Positions 9,383 through 18,820 of a stretch of DNA of 64,000 nucleotides are shown one piece after another. Numbering within the stretch: the stretch's first letter is position 1; every line of letters begins with the position of its first letter. The position numbers and the translations under genes are program-made. The notes under the pieces were generated by a model, which was not told the DNA's origin, did no database searches, and worked only from the letters and a program-made list of their open reading frames with translations. Source of the DNA: Bacteroidales bacterium (GTDB lineage Bacteria; Bacteroidota; Bacteroidia; Bacteroidales; VadinHA17); assembly GCA_050013475.1 (NCBI GenBank), contig JBEKFE010000002.1:221910-285909 (forward strand), given 5' to 3'.

Positions 9383-10624
9383 TCAGCCGCATTCTGCGAT
9401 CAGAAAATCTGCAAATCTTTTACCAAAGTCTCTCAGGACAATTGATTTTTCCTCATCGGGAGAGAATTTTATCGCAGCGTTATCAACAAACACTCTCATC
9501 TTCAGATTCCTGAGGCTTTCACTTATTATTTTCGGGGCTTCCCCGCTCCAGCCGTACGAGCCGAACGATCCGGCCAGCTTTGAATTATCCCTTAGCGGAT
9601 TGATCACGGAAAAAAGCTTATAGACTGGAAGAAGTGTATTCTGATTTATTGTGGGTGAGCCGACAAGCAGAGCATCGGCAAGAACGATCTCTGATTCCAT
9701 ATCACCAAGTGTCATATTCTCGATATCCCTGATTGTTACCCTGACCGACGGGTTTTTAACTATCCCGACCGCAATTTCTTCAGCCATTTTTTTTGTATAC
9801 CCGTACGCCGAAACATAGGTTATAAGAATATTCTTTGTCTCTTTCACTGCGGTCATTTTCAGATATTTCAATGCATAATCGCTCGTAAAATTAACGACCT
9901 CCTTCAGGTTGGTACCATGAATGGGCCCATGACCCGGACAAATGAATTTCATATCCAGGGGAGCGATCTTGTCAATGGCTCTTAGTGCAAATCTGCTGAA
10001 AGGCCTGAGAATAACGTCAAAATAGTATTTAAACGATTTAAGATAGTCATCCGAGAAATCGCTGAATATATCTTCGAAACAATAATGGGCACCGAAAACA
10101 TCGCAGGTAAAGAGTATCCTGTCTTCCTCGAGCCAGGTAAACATGGTATCGGGCCAGTGCAGATTGGGAGCGCTTATGAACCTCAGAGTTTTGTTGCCGA
10201 GGTCAAGCGTATCGCCATCCTTTACAACAAGTGATTTAAATGGCCTGTTGATAATATCCGAGAGATATCGTATTGCGTTACCGCTCCCAACCACCACTGC
10301 CTCAGGTGCCAGATCAAGCAATTTTGCAGTGTCCCCGCAATGATCAGGCTCGGTATGGTCAAGTATGATATACTCTATTCCGGCAGGGTCGGTAAGTGAT
10401 TTTAATTTAGAGATGTGAACATCACTGAATTTATCCTTGGCTGCTTCGACTATTGTCTTCTTTTCTGCATTAATGAAGTATGAATTGTACGTAGTTCCAT
10501 ATTCAGTCTGCATGACAATGTCAAAAGTGACAATATCGCGGTCAAGTACCCCTATCCACTTTACATCGTCGGTGATATCAAATATACGGTCATCCTTCCT
10601 TTTCATTTTTCCGTCTTTATTCAT
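9383..10624 (-). CDS. FprA-family flavodiiron protein (metallo-beta-lactamase-like + flavodoxin domains)
   Basis: 413 aa with the di-iron ligand motif LDHTEPDH and a C-terminal flavodoxin-like domain (ILITYVSAYGYTKKMAEE). Confidence 0.85.
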   Translation of the reverse strand: MNKDGKMKRKDDRIFDITDDVKWIGVLDRDIVTFDIVMQTEYGTTYNSYFINAEKKTIVEAAKDKFSDVHISKLKSLTDPAGIEYIILDHTEPDHCGDTAKLLDLAPEAVVVGSGNAIRYLSDIINRPFKSLVVKDGDTLDLGNKTLRFISAPNLHWPDTMFTWLEEDRILFTCDVFGAHYCFEDIFSDFSDDYLKSFKYYFDVILRPFSRFALRAIDKIAPLDMKFICPGHGPIHGTNLKEVVNFTSDYALKYLKMTAVKETKNILITYVSAYGYTKKMAEEIAVGIVKNPSVRVTIRDIENMTLGDMESEIVLADALLVGSPTINQNTLLPVYKLFSVINPLRDNSKLAGSFGSYGWSGEAPKIISESLRNLKMRVFVDNAAIKFSPDEEKSIVLRDFGKRFADFLIAECG

Positions 10625-10626
10625 GC

Positions 10627-11283
10627 TCAGATCCTGGCAATGATGCTCTTGTTTGCCCTTACATGCTGGAGAATAGGGATCTCAATTTCAGTACCCAGAG
10701 GAAGAAATACATCGACACGCGAACCAAACTTGATAAATCCCAGTTCATCACCCTGCCTCACCTCCTGATCGACTTTTGAATAAGTTACGATCCTTCTTGC
10801 CACTGCTCCTGCAATTTGTCTGATAAGAATCTCCTTCCCGTCGGGAGTTTCCACCACGATAGTGCTTCTTTCGTTGGATTCTGACGATTTCGGGTGCCAG
10901 GCCACCATGTTCTTTCCGGGATTATGATTTACAAATTTGATCTTCCCTGAAACGGGATATCTGTTTGAATGAACGTTGAAGGGGGACATGAAAATGGAAA
11001 CCTGGAGTCGCATATCCTTGAAGTATTCCTTCTCTTCAGTCTCTTCGATCACAACAACCTTGCCATCGGCAGGTGAATAGACCAGTCCACGATCAGGCTC
11101 CAGGTACCTCACAGGAAGACGAAAGAAAAAGAGAATGAAAATATAGAACAGAACTGAAAGAATCAGGAATATCCACTTAAAGAGGATATGCTCGTGCCAG
11201 ATAATTGAAACGCCTGTATTCAGTGCCAGCAGAACAATAAAGCCAGTCAATAATATCTTATAACCTTCCTTAGAAACTCTCAT
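10627..11283 (-). CDS. psd: Phosphatidylserine decarboxylase proenzyme (short type)
   Basis: 218 aa with an N-terminal membrane anchor and the C-terminal self-cleavage region FIKFGSRVD. Confidence 0.85.
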   Translation of the reverse strand: MRVSKEGYKILLTGFIVLLALNTGVSIIWHEHILFKWIFLILSVLFYIFILFFFRLPVRYLEPDRGLVYSPADGKVVVIEETEEKEYFKDMRLQVSIFMSPFNVHSNRYPVSGKIKFVNHNPGKNMVAWHPKSSESNERSTIVVETPDGKEILIRQIAGAVARRIVTYSKVDQEVRQGDELGFIKFGSRVDVFLPLGTEIEIPILQHVRANKSIIARI

Positions 11284-11322
11284 CCCGGAAATTTTTGCAC
11301 AAAACTAATCAAGTCTTATGAA

Positions 11323-12165
11323 TCATCCAAAAAGTGTGATATAAAGAAATACCATCGGGAAGGAAATAATTGTACTGTCGAAGCGGTCGAGGAAACCCCC
11401 GTGACCCGGCATAATATTCCCGGAATCCTTTACTCCTGTACTGCGTTTAAGCATAGATTCGACAAGATCGCCGTAGGTACCCATAACAGATATGATAACC
11501 GAGATCACGATCCATCCTTTTTTGTCAACCACCCCCATCCATCCCGAAAGGAACCATGCTGCAACGATGGTGAGAATAAATCCTCCGGCAAATCCCTCCC
11601 ACGATTTTTTTGGAGAGATCCTTTCCATCAGATGATGCTTTCCAAAGCTCACACCGGCCAGGTAGGCACCGGAATCATTAATCCAGAGCAGTATGAAAAA
11701 TCCGACAACGATGCCCGGTGAGAAGATCATATTTCCAGTTTTTAATAATGGTTCAAGGCCTGTATGGGAGAATGCTGAAAAAGGGAACATCGAGAATGGA
11801 ACTGCTGAATAAGTTACCGGGAAAAATGTATGAGCCAGAGAGTCGAACGGCTTTTCTGTCTTCCTGTATAGCTCTGCAATCATTATTGCCGCGCTTAGGG
11901 GTATAAGAATAAGGTACCATCTTGGTTTCAGCATACCCGAGGATACAAGAACCGAAATTGCGTAAACTGCTGACCCTGCTATTATGCCGGCTGCGATCTG
12001 AGGTTTTATCCCGGTGCTTCTGATCATATTATAGTATTCGTACTGGGCTCCGGCAAGCAATATATAACCGGTCAGCACGAAAGAGACCGGATGCAGCCAG
12101 AATCCTCCCAGAACGAATAAAACAATGAATACACCTGTAAGCGATCGTCTGATAAGATTATCCAA
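11323..12165 (-). CDS. cdsA: Phosphatidate cytidylyltransferase
   Basis: 280-aa polytopic protein with the CdsA signature SMLKRSTGVKDSGNIMPGHGGFLDRFDS. Confidence 0.9.
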   Translation of the reverse strand: MDNLIRRSLTGVFIVLFVLGGFWLHPVSFVLTGYILLAGAQYEYYNMIRSTGIKPQIAAGIIAGSAVYAISVLVSSGMLKPRWYLILIPLSAAIMIAELYRKTEKPFDSLAHTFFPVTYSAVPFSMFPFSAFSHTGLEPLLKTGNMIFSPGIVVGFFILLWINDSGAYLAGVSFGKHHLMERISPKKSWEGFAGGFILTIVAAWFLSGWMGVVDKKGWIVISVIISVMGTYGDLVESMLKRSTGVKDSGNIMPGHGGFLDRFDSTIISFPMVFLYITLFG

Positions 12166-12222
12166 GATTGAAAACTTTAATGTTCGCAGAAGATTTAAGT
12201 TACAGATTGATGAATAAATTAA

Positions 12223-12325
12223 CCACGGAGTTACACTGGTTTTTTACAGTTTTCCCCGATCTTTCGTGGGAGTAGCACTGTTTTTCTCTGCGTCCCTCTG
12301 TGCCTTCTCTGTGTCTCTCTGTGTA
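12223..12325 (-). repeat. Purine-rich (coding-strand) word-repeat spacer downstream of ftsH
   Basis: Contains ccacggagttacactgg (12223-12239) and cgtgggagtagcactgtttttctc (12265-12288). CTCTG(C/T)G occurs at 12286, 12296, 12307 and 12317, a 10-11 bp phasing. A 47-nt run with no A on the plus strand spans 12278-12324. Confidence 0.9.
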
Positions 12326-12339
12326 ATTTTTCTCTCACT

Positions 12340-14442
12340 TCAGACTTCTTTTTCCCCTTTACCTTTATGGCTCTTCTCCTTCTCGCCTTTCTCCTTTTTA
12401 CTTTTTCCCTTCTCCTTTTTTACCGGTTCGGGGAGAGCCAGTTTTTCAACCTCCTTTACTGCTGGAGCATCTTTCTTTTCAGAAGCTCTTTCCTTATCCT
12501 TATCAGCTTTCCGTTTTCCGAAAACGCGTTCAAGGTCTTCACTGAATATAACCTCTTTTTCGAGAAGAAGCTCTGCAAGTTCTGTCAGTCCTTTAATATT
12601 CTTCTTAAGCACTTCGGTTGCCCTCAGGTATGATTCATCTATTATCGCCTTTACCTCACTGTCGATCAGTTCCGATGTTTTTTCGCTATATGGTTTTGTA
12701 AAGTTGAAATCCATCTGTCCTGTCGAATCATAGAAACTGATATTACCTACCTTTTCACTCATTCCGAAGTATGCAACCATTGCATAGGCCTGCTTGGTCA
12801 CTTTTTCCAGGTCACTCAGAGCACCTGTTGATATTTTCCCAAAGATCAGTTCCTCCGAGGCTCGGCCGCCAAGCGCGTATGCAACTTCATCGAGTATCTG
12901 TTCCTTTGTTGTAAGCTGACGCTCCTCCGGAAGGTACCATGCAGCACCAAGTGCTCTTCCTCTTGGGATTATCGTAACCTTAACAAGCGGGCTGGCATAC
13001 TCAAGCAACCAGCTTACAGTAGCATGACCTGCCTCATGGTAAGCAATGGTCTTCTTCTCCACCAGTGATACAATCTTGTTCTTCTTTTCCATCCCTCCCA
13101 CTATCCTGTCGATGGCATCGAGAAAATCCTGCTTTTCAACAATCGTCTTATTTTTTCTGGCAGCAATAAGTGCTGCTTCATTACATACGTTTGCTATGTC
13201 AGCACCAGAGAATCCGGGGGTCTGTTTGGCAAGAAAACTGACATCAAAATTCTTTTCAAGCTTTATCGGCCTGAGGTGTACCTTGAAGATCTCCTCTCTC
13301 TCCTTCAGATCAGGAAGCTCAACGTGGATCTGCCGGTCGAACCTTCCGGCTCTTAGAAGAGCACGGTCAAGAATATCTGCCCTGTTTGTGGCCGCAAGTA
13401 TGATAACACCCATGTTTGTCCCAAAGCCATCCATCTCGGTAAGCAACTGGTTGAGCGTGTTCTCCCTTTCGTCATTTGCACCGAAATTGGGGTTTCTTCC
13501 CCTTGCCCGGCCTACTGCATCTATCTCATCGATAAACACAATGCATGGAGCTTTTTCCTTTGCCTGCTTGAAAAGGTCTCTCACTCTTGATGCGCCGACC
13601 CCGACAAACATTTCAACAAAATCGGATCCCGAGATCGAGAAGAAGGGTACATTTGCCTCACCTGCAACAGCTTTGGCCAGAAGGGTTTTACCTGTTCCCG
13701 GAGGGCCCACGAGCAACGCTCCCTTTGGTATCTTGCCACCAAGCTGTGTATATTTCTTTGGATTTTTAAGGAAATCGACGATCTCCATCACTTCAGTCTT
13801 GGCCTCTTCAAGGCCTGCAACATCATGAAAATTGATCTTCACATTTGTATCCTTGTCAAATATCTGGGCCCTTGATTTTCCAACGTTGAATATCCCCCCA
13901 GCGCCACCGCCGCCGCCGCTTGTCATTCTCCTCATGAGGAACATCCAAAGCAAAAGGAAGAAAGCCAATGGAAGAATCCATCCAAGAATATCACCAAAAT
14001 AATTTTTCCGTTTTGTGTCTTCGGCATAAATAAGATCTTTATCCGCGTAACCGGCTGCCTTCTGGGTTTCGATCACAAGCGTTTCGAATTTGCTAAGATC
14101 CCCGATGTTGTAAATAAAGATTGGTTTCGCTGTCGACAAGCCGAAGTTACTCCCGCTTTTGGGAAGTTTTGGATATTTTCCAGCCTTTACAGCTTCATCC
14201 TTAATTGTGATCTCAGCAAAATCCCTGTTTACCACAACTATTTCCTGCACATCGTGGTTCACAAGCATCTCCTTCAGCTCACCGGTAGTTATCTTCTCAG
14301 CTGGCTTGCTGTTGAACATGAACTGAAACACCAGTATGGATACCGCAATGATCGCAAAGATCCAGTTGGAATTGAATTTTGGTTTCTGGTTCTTGTCTGT
14401 TTTGTTTTCAGAACCCTGATTTGTATTATTTTCTTCTGCCAT
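12340..14442 (-). CDS. ftsH: ATP-dependent zinc metalloprotease FtsH with Lys/Glu-rich C-terminal tail
   Basis: 700 aa with Walker A GPPGTGKT, the SRH region, and zinc motif HEAGH. The last ~60 aa are a low-complexity K/E tail. Confidence 0.97.
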   Translation of the reverse strand: MAEENNTNQGSENKTDKNQKPKFNSNWIFAIIAVSILVFQFMFNSKPAEKITTGELKEMLVNHDVQEIVVVNRDFAEITIKDEAVKAGKYPKLPKSGSNFGLSTAKPIFIYNIGDLSKFETLVIETQKAAGYADKDLIYAEDTKRKNYFGDILGWILPLAFFLLLWMFLMRRMTSGGGGGAGGIFNVGKSRAQIFDKDTNVKINFHDVAGLEEAKTEVMEIVDFLKNPKKYTQLGGKIPKGALLVGPPGTGKTLLAKAVAGEANVPFFSISGSDFVEMFVGVGASRVRDLFKQAKEKAPCIVFIDEIDAVGRARGRNPNFGANDERENTLNQLLTEMDGFGTNMGVIILAATNRADILDRALLRAGRFDRQIHVELPDLKEREEIFKVHLRPIKLEKNFDVSFLAKQTPGFSGADIANVCNEAALIAARKNKTIVEKQDFLDAIDRIVGGMEKKNKIVSLVEKKTIAYHEAGHATVSWLLEYASPLVKVTIIPRGRALGAAWYLPEERQLTTKEQILDEVAYALGGRASEELIFGKISTGALSDLEKVTKQAYAMVAYFGMSEKVGNISFYDSTGQMDFNFTKPYSEKTSELIDSEVKAIIDESYLRATEVLKKNIKGLTELAELLLEKEVIFSEDLERVFGKRKADKDKERASEKKDAPAVKEVEKLALPEPVKKEKGKSKKEKGEKEKSHKGKGEKEV

Positions 14443-14452
14443 TTAAAATACC

Positions 14453-14827
14453 TTACTTTTTAACATCCTTCAGCCCTGTAATATTTGCATCGGCCCATAA
14501 GGATTCCAGACTGTAGAATTTCCTGTATTCTTCCTGGAAAATATGGACTATCACATTACCATAATCTATAAGAACCCAGAAGCAGTTTTCAAGTCCTTCC
14601 ACGTGAAATGGCTTTTCACCAGCTTCTTTTCTTACAACATCCTCGACTGAATAACTGATTGAATCCACCTGAGTCTTTGAAGAGGCCTGACAGATTATAA
14701 AATAATCTGTAATCCTGTTTTCGAGTTTCCGAAGATCAATTTTAAGAACATCCTCTCCCTTTTTTTCAAAAATCCCCTTTACAATACTTTCTATAAGGAT
14801 CTCTGTTCCATCTGATTTTTTTCTCAT
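14453..14827 (-). CDS. rsfS: Ribosome silencing factor RsfS
   Basis: 124 aa with the DYGNVIVHIF motif and family-typical length. It sits immediately upstream of ftsH. Confidence 0.85.
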   Translation of the reverse strand: MRKKSDGTEILIESIVKGIFEKKGEDVLKIDLRKLENRITDYFIICQASSKTQVDSISYSVEDVVRKEAGEKPFHVEGLENCFWVLIDYGNVIVHIFQEEYRKFYSLESLWADANITGLKDVKK

Positions 14828-14983
14828 TAAAATTCAACCGTTAATATGCAGTCGCAAAAGTACAAACATTTATCTGTATTTTTGCAGGAGCCGGTTACAA
14901 TTAACAATTTGAATGCCAATATCTGTCAGAGTGATAAGATTGTGTGATATTTTTCTCCTGTTTTTTCTAACATACTGGTAATC

Positions 14984-15721
14984 ATGATTATCGGGTCCAA
15001 AAAGATATTCATAGAAAAACTGGCATCCACCAACTCGCACGCTGCAATGCTCCTGAGGAACGGGAACGTCATGGAGGGCACGGTAATTCATGCCGGATTC
15101 CAGACAGCCGGACGCGGCCAGGGAGCCAACAGCTGGGAAAGTGAACCTGGCAAGAATCTGTTATTCAGCATTATAATCTATCCCTTTAAAGTTAAGGCCG
15201 ACAGCCAGTTTTCTATATCCCGGATGATATCACTCGGGGTAAAGGACTTCCTGGGTCACATTGTGAAGGAGGTACATATCAAATGGCCGAATGATATTTA
15301 TGTCAGGAATGACAAAATTGCAGGTATTCTTATAGAAAATGCAATTATGCGGAGTGAAATAGTGCATACGATAGCCGGTATCGGGATCAACATCAACCAG
15401 GTCAGATTTGCAGAAGGTGCCATGAATGCAACTTCATTAAAGATCCTGACAGGAAAGGAGCACCGAATGGAAGATTGCCTCGATGAGATACTAAGGTCGA
15501 TCGATTACAGATATAGTCAGCTGTCTTCAGGAAAAAGATCACAAATAGAGAGCGACTACATCTCCTCGTTGTACCGGTTTGAACAGTGGAGTGAATTCCG
15601 CGACAGCAGGGGGATCTTTGAGGGAAAGATAATTGCTGTCACCGGAACAGGCAGGCTTCAGATCGAAGACAGGGAAAGCCGTATCTTTGAATTTGATCAG
15701 AAGGAAGTTGATTTTCTTTGA
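14984..15721 (+). CDS. birA: Biotin--[acetyl-CoA-carboxylase] ligase (group I, no HTH domain)
   Basis: 245 aa with the GRGRxG-type motif (TAGRGQGANSWES) and KWPNDIY. Confidence 0.85.
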   Translation: MIIGSKKIFIEKLASTNSHAAMLLRNGNVMEGTVIHAGFQTAGRGQGANSWESEPGKNLLFSIIIYPFKVKADSQFSISRMISLGVKDFLGHIVKEVHIKWPNDIYVRNDKIAGILIENAIMRSEIVHTIAGIGININQVRFAEGAMNATSLKILTGKEHRMEDCLDEILRSIDYRYSQLSSGKRSQIESDYISSLYRFEQWSEFRDSRGIFEGKIIAVTGTGRLQIEDRESRIFEFDQKEVDFL

Positions 15722-15728
15722 ATATTGT

Positions 15729-16151
15729 TCAGCGGCGCCAGCCTCTGAAGTTCTCCATTTCCGTAACAAGGATCTCCAGGAATCTCTCGATCGGACCTGA
15801 AGCCATGGCCCGTAGCATTGGATTTAAATCGGACTCCATCAGAAGCGATACTAATGCTTTACCACTCTCCTCCTCCGAAATATATACATGAAGCACAAAT
15901 CCGGTAGTTACAAGTACAGTTCCGGCGAAACTGACTTCAGAACATGGGATCCTGGAGACTATTTCAAGTGAGATCTCCCCCATCGGGTTCATATTGATTC
16001 TGCAGCTGTTCTCATCGGCTTTCCATCCCTCGACTGACTTTCCGGGAATGAACTGCCCGAAATTACGCATGTCAGTAATAAAACTGAAATACTCCTCACC
16101 TGTACAGGTCACTCTTGCCTGCCGGCTCTGAAACTGTGAAGTCATTGCCAT
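15729..16151 (-). CDS. Hypothetical protein (possible SRPBCC-like fold)
   Basis: 140-aa ORF that fills the gap between birA and pyrE. I recognise no motif. Confidence 0.45.
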   Translation of the reverse strand: MAMTSQFQSRQARVTCTGEEYFSFITDMRNFGQFIPGKSVEGWKADENSCRINMNPMGEISLEIVSRIPCSEVSFAGTVLVTTGFVLHVYISEEESGKALVSLLMESDLNPMLRAMASGPIERFLEILVTEMENFRGWRR

Positions 16152-16162
16152 AGTACTTATTT

Positions 16163-16795
16163 TCAGACACCCCAGACAGAAGGATCAACTCTCCATTTCT
16201 TTAAAGTTTCAATATCGGACTGCCCGATGTAACCAGAATTCATTGCACAATCTATCAGAACATTGTAGTTGCTTAAAGTATCCAGCCTGCACTCTTCCGA
16301 GGCAAACCCATCCGAGGCTTTCTGAAAACCGTAGGTAAAAATCGCTACCATGCCTAGGACTTCACATCCCGCCTCACGCAGTGCTTTTACTGCATTCAGA
16401 CTGCTGCCGCCGGTCGAGATCAGATCCTCAATTACAACCACCTTCTGTCCTTTTTCAAAATATCCTTCGATCTGGTTGCCCAGGCCATGGCCTTTTGCCT
16501 CTGACCTTACATATATAAATGGCAACCCCATCTTTTCAGCTACAAGAGCCCCATGGGCAATAGCGCCGGTTGCAACACCAGCTATAAGCTGCGTGTCAGG
16601 GTATAGTTTTGTCACAGTGTATTCGAATGAATCCCTGATGTACGTTCTGACCTCCGGAAATGATAAAGTTTTGCGGTTATCGCAATAGATTGGTGATTTC
16701 CATCCCGAAGCCCATGTAAATGGATTTGACGGTTGCAATTTAATTGCTTTAATTTGTAGCAGATAATCGGCGATTTTCTTAGAAATGTTCTCCAT
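16163..16795 (-). CDS. pyrE: Orotate phosphoribosyltransferase
   Basis: PRPP-binding motif VVVIEDLISTGGS. I chose the start at ATG 16795 (MENISKKIADYLLQIKAIKL...) by comparison with the usual PyrE N-terminus. The ORF track extends to 16864. Confidence 0.9.
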   Translation of the reverse strand: MENISKKIADYLLQIKAIKLQPSNPFTWASGWKSPIYCDNRKTLSFPEVRTYIRDSFEYTVTKLYPDTQLIAGVATGAIAHGALVAEKMGLPFIYVRSEAKGHGLGNQIEGYFEKGQKVVVIEDLISTGGSSLNAVKALREAGCEVLGMVAIFTYGFQKASDGFASEECRLDTLSNYNVLIDCAMNSGYIGQSDIETLKKWRVDPSVWGV

Positions 16796-17413
16796 ATGGA
16801 TCTTATTAAAGTTCATTTTGAAAACAGGTTCATAATAATAAGCCCTGAACCAGATCGTCTGCAAAAATACGGCTTATTCCATAAATTCAATGATACCGTT
16901 GAACTTTACAGGCTAATCGCTGAATTTCAAGAGGATAAAAGTATTCCATCAGTTAATATCTATGGAACCGACATAAAACATTTATGGCGCATATTCCGGA
17001 TCTATTTTACTGAAGTAGGCGCAGCCGGGGGACTGGTGAAGCATTCCGTGGGAAAATATCTTTTTATTGAGAGAAAAGGCAAATGGGATCTTCCAAAGGG
17101 TCATATCGAACAGGGTGAGTCGCCTGAGAATTGTGCTTTAAGGGAGGTGAATGAGGAGTGCGGAATTACAGGTCATACAATTGTTAAACCTCTTCAACCG
17201 AGTTATCATACCTATTCCTGGGAAGGGATATCCTACCTAAAAAAAACGCACTGGTTTCTGATGGAGTATTCCGGGGAAATGATATCTGATCCCCAGACTG
17301 AAGAAGGCATAACCAAAGTTGAATGGATGTCACCGGATGAAATAAGCGTTATAAAGGGCCTGGCCTGGATGTCGCTGGCCGAACTTATAAATACCTCGAT
17401 CCTGAGGGTTTGA
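16796..17413 (+). CDS. NUDIX hydrolase with N-terminal extension
   Basis: 205 aa with Nudix box GHIEQGESPENCALREVNEECGI. Confidence 0.85.
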   Translation: MDLIKVHFENRFIIISPEPDRLQKYGLFHKFNDTVELYRLIAEFQEDKSIPSVNIYGTDIKHLWRIFRIYFTEVGAAGGLVKHSVGKYLFIERKGKWDLPKGHIEQGESPENCALREVNEECGITGHTIVKPLQPSYHTYSWEGISYLKKTHWFLMEYSGEMISDPQTEEGITKVEWMSPDEISVIKGLAWMSLAELINTSILRV

Positions 17414-18820
17414 TCATTTATTTTCGTCAGAAATTTTTTTCCCCAGCACTGCATCGAGATTTTCCGAAGGGAATGGGCATGGTTTTACAGAGATCTTTCC
17501 TTCCCTGTCGATCAGGGTGAACGACGGGTACATCGTTACATCATAAAGATACTCAGTCAGGTCTGCAGCCGAGCCATCGAGTATGATCCAGTTGAACCCC
17601 ATATTATGAAGCCTTTTCACACCGGCTATGAAGTTCCTGTCGCACAGTACTGTAACTACATTCAGGTTATCTTTGTACTTTGAGATCCATCTCCTGATGA
17701 TCCCATATTCAGAAACAGAGAATGCATTATCTGACATAGCAAAACTGAGCAGGATATACCTGCCTTTCAGATCATCAAGGGAGACCAATTTACCTGATTC
17801 ATCCTTAAGCTTTATTTCAGGAGGGATGCTCCCTGCATTGAGAGCTGTCAGTTTCTTCCCGACTGTCCCGGCAAGATCCCTGATCCAGGAAGAGGAACCT
17901 GATGAATTCAGATCTTTAAGTAACTGAATAATCTTATCCCCCGGAATCACCGAATCAAAATATTCATTGAACAGGTTCAGAATAATTATGTATTCAGCCA
18001 ATTGTTCATTTGTGGCCTTGCCGTCGAGAACGACCACCTGCTTCATCTCCGAAAGAGATGAGTATGATATTGCATGGTTGAACTGATCTTTCAGCTTCCC
18101 GTTTGCCAGGTGCCTGAAATATTTTGTGAACATCTGCTCAACAAGGTCGATATAAGCCTGGTTGCCTGCCGGAAACATTGAATTGATCAGCACTGAATCT
18201 TCCATCCTGCCAGGATATTCGCCATTTGCAACCTGATTAAGCATTACCAGCCTGTACCTGACAAATTCCTTGAAATGTTCCGGCGCTCCCGGCAATGCCA
18301 TGCTGTTAAGTTTTTCTATCAGAACAGGGATCTCATTTCGTCTTATATTATACATGACCCTGTCAGCCACACTATTAAATACCGGGTTGTACTCTGTGTC
18401 AAAGGCCCTGATCAGGTTATTCAGGTTGCCTGGATCATTCACAACTTCCGGGATCGCTTTTGTCTCGGCAAAAAAAGAATTCTGCTCCTCCTCCGGACTC
18501 CTGGCAATAAAGTCTGGCAGCTTTAACACGAGGTCAGCAACAGAGTCGATACAGACCGAAAGATTATAGATCCCTGTTTTAATGACAATGAGGTCCGATG
18601 GCCTTACATTAAATTCGCATTCAAAATGGCCTGCAGTATCACAGTAAAGTCTCAGAACAGGGACCAGCGATTTTGTAACTGGGTCTGACTGGTAAAAAAA
18701 CTTTAGTTCTTCTCCGTTGTAGCCTTTCCCCGATCCGCTGATCCTGATTTTTTGTCCCTGAACCGGCTGCAGCAAGAACGACATTATCATCGCAGGGATG
18801 AAGACACTAAAGATCTTCAT
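17414..18820 (-). CDS. Secreted TlpA/ResA-like thioredoxin-fold protein lacking the CxxC active site
   Basis: 468 aa with a signal peptide. The C-terminal domain matches the TlpA pattern (GRYILLSF..., YDVTMYPSFTLIDREGKI), but the WCxPC position reads AMSDNAFS. Confidence 0.65.
   Translation of the reverse strand: MKIFSVFIPAMIMSFLLQPVQGQKIRISGSGKGYNGEELKFFYQSDPVTKSLVPVLRLYCDTAGHFECEFNVRPSDLIVIKTGIYNLSVCIDSVADLVLKLPDFIARSPEEEQNSFFAETKAIPEVVNDPGNLNNLIRAFDTEYNPVFNSVADRVMYNIRRNEIPVLIEKLNSMALPGAPEHFKEFVRYRLVMLNQVANGEYPGRMEDSVLINSMFPAGNQAYIDLVEQMFTKYFRHLANGKLKDQFNHAISYSSLSEMKQVVVLDGKATNEQLAEYIIILNLFNEYFDSVIPGDKIIQLLKDLNSSGSSSWIRDLAGTVGKKLTALNAGSIPPEIKLKDESGKLVSLDDLKGRYILLSFAMSDNAFSVSEYGIIRRWISKYKDNLNVVTVLCDRNFIAGVKRLHNMGFNWIILDGSAADLTEYLYDVTMYPSFTLIDREGKISVKPCPFPSENLDAVLGKKISDENK

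Noticed and set aside
13046-13828. 260-aa plus-strand ORF (and 12266..12733, 12367..12633, 13587..13769) antisense to ftsH
   Set aside because: They lie entirely inside the well-supported ftsH gene. Their products are low-complexity Ser/Phe/Leu-rich sequence typical of the antisense frame of a purine-rich gene.
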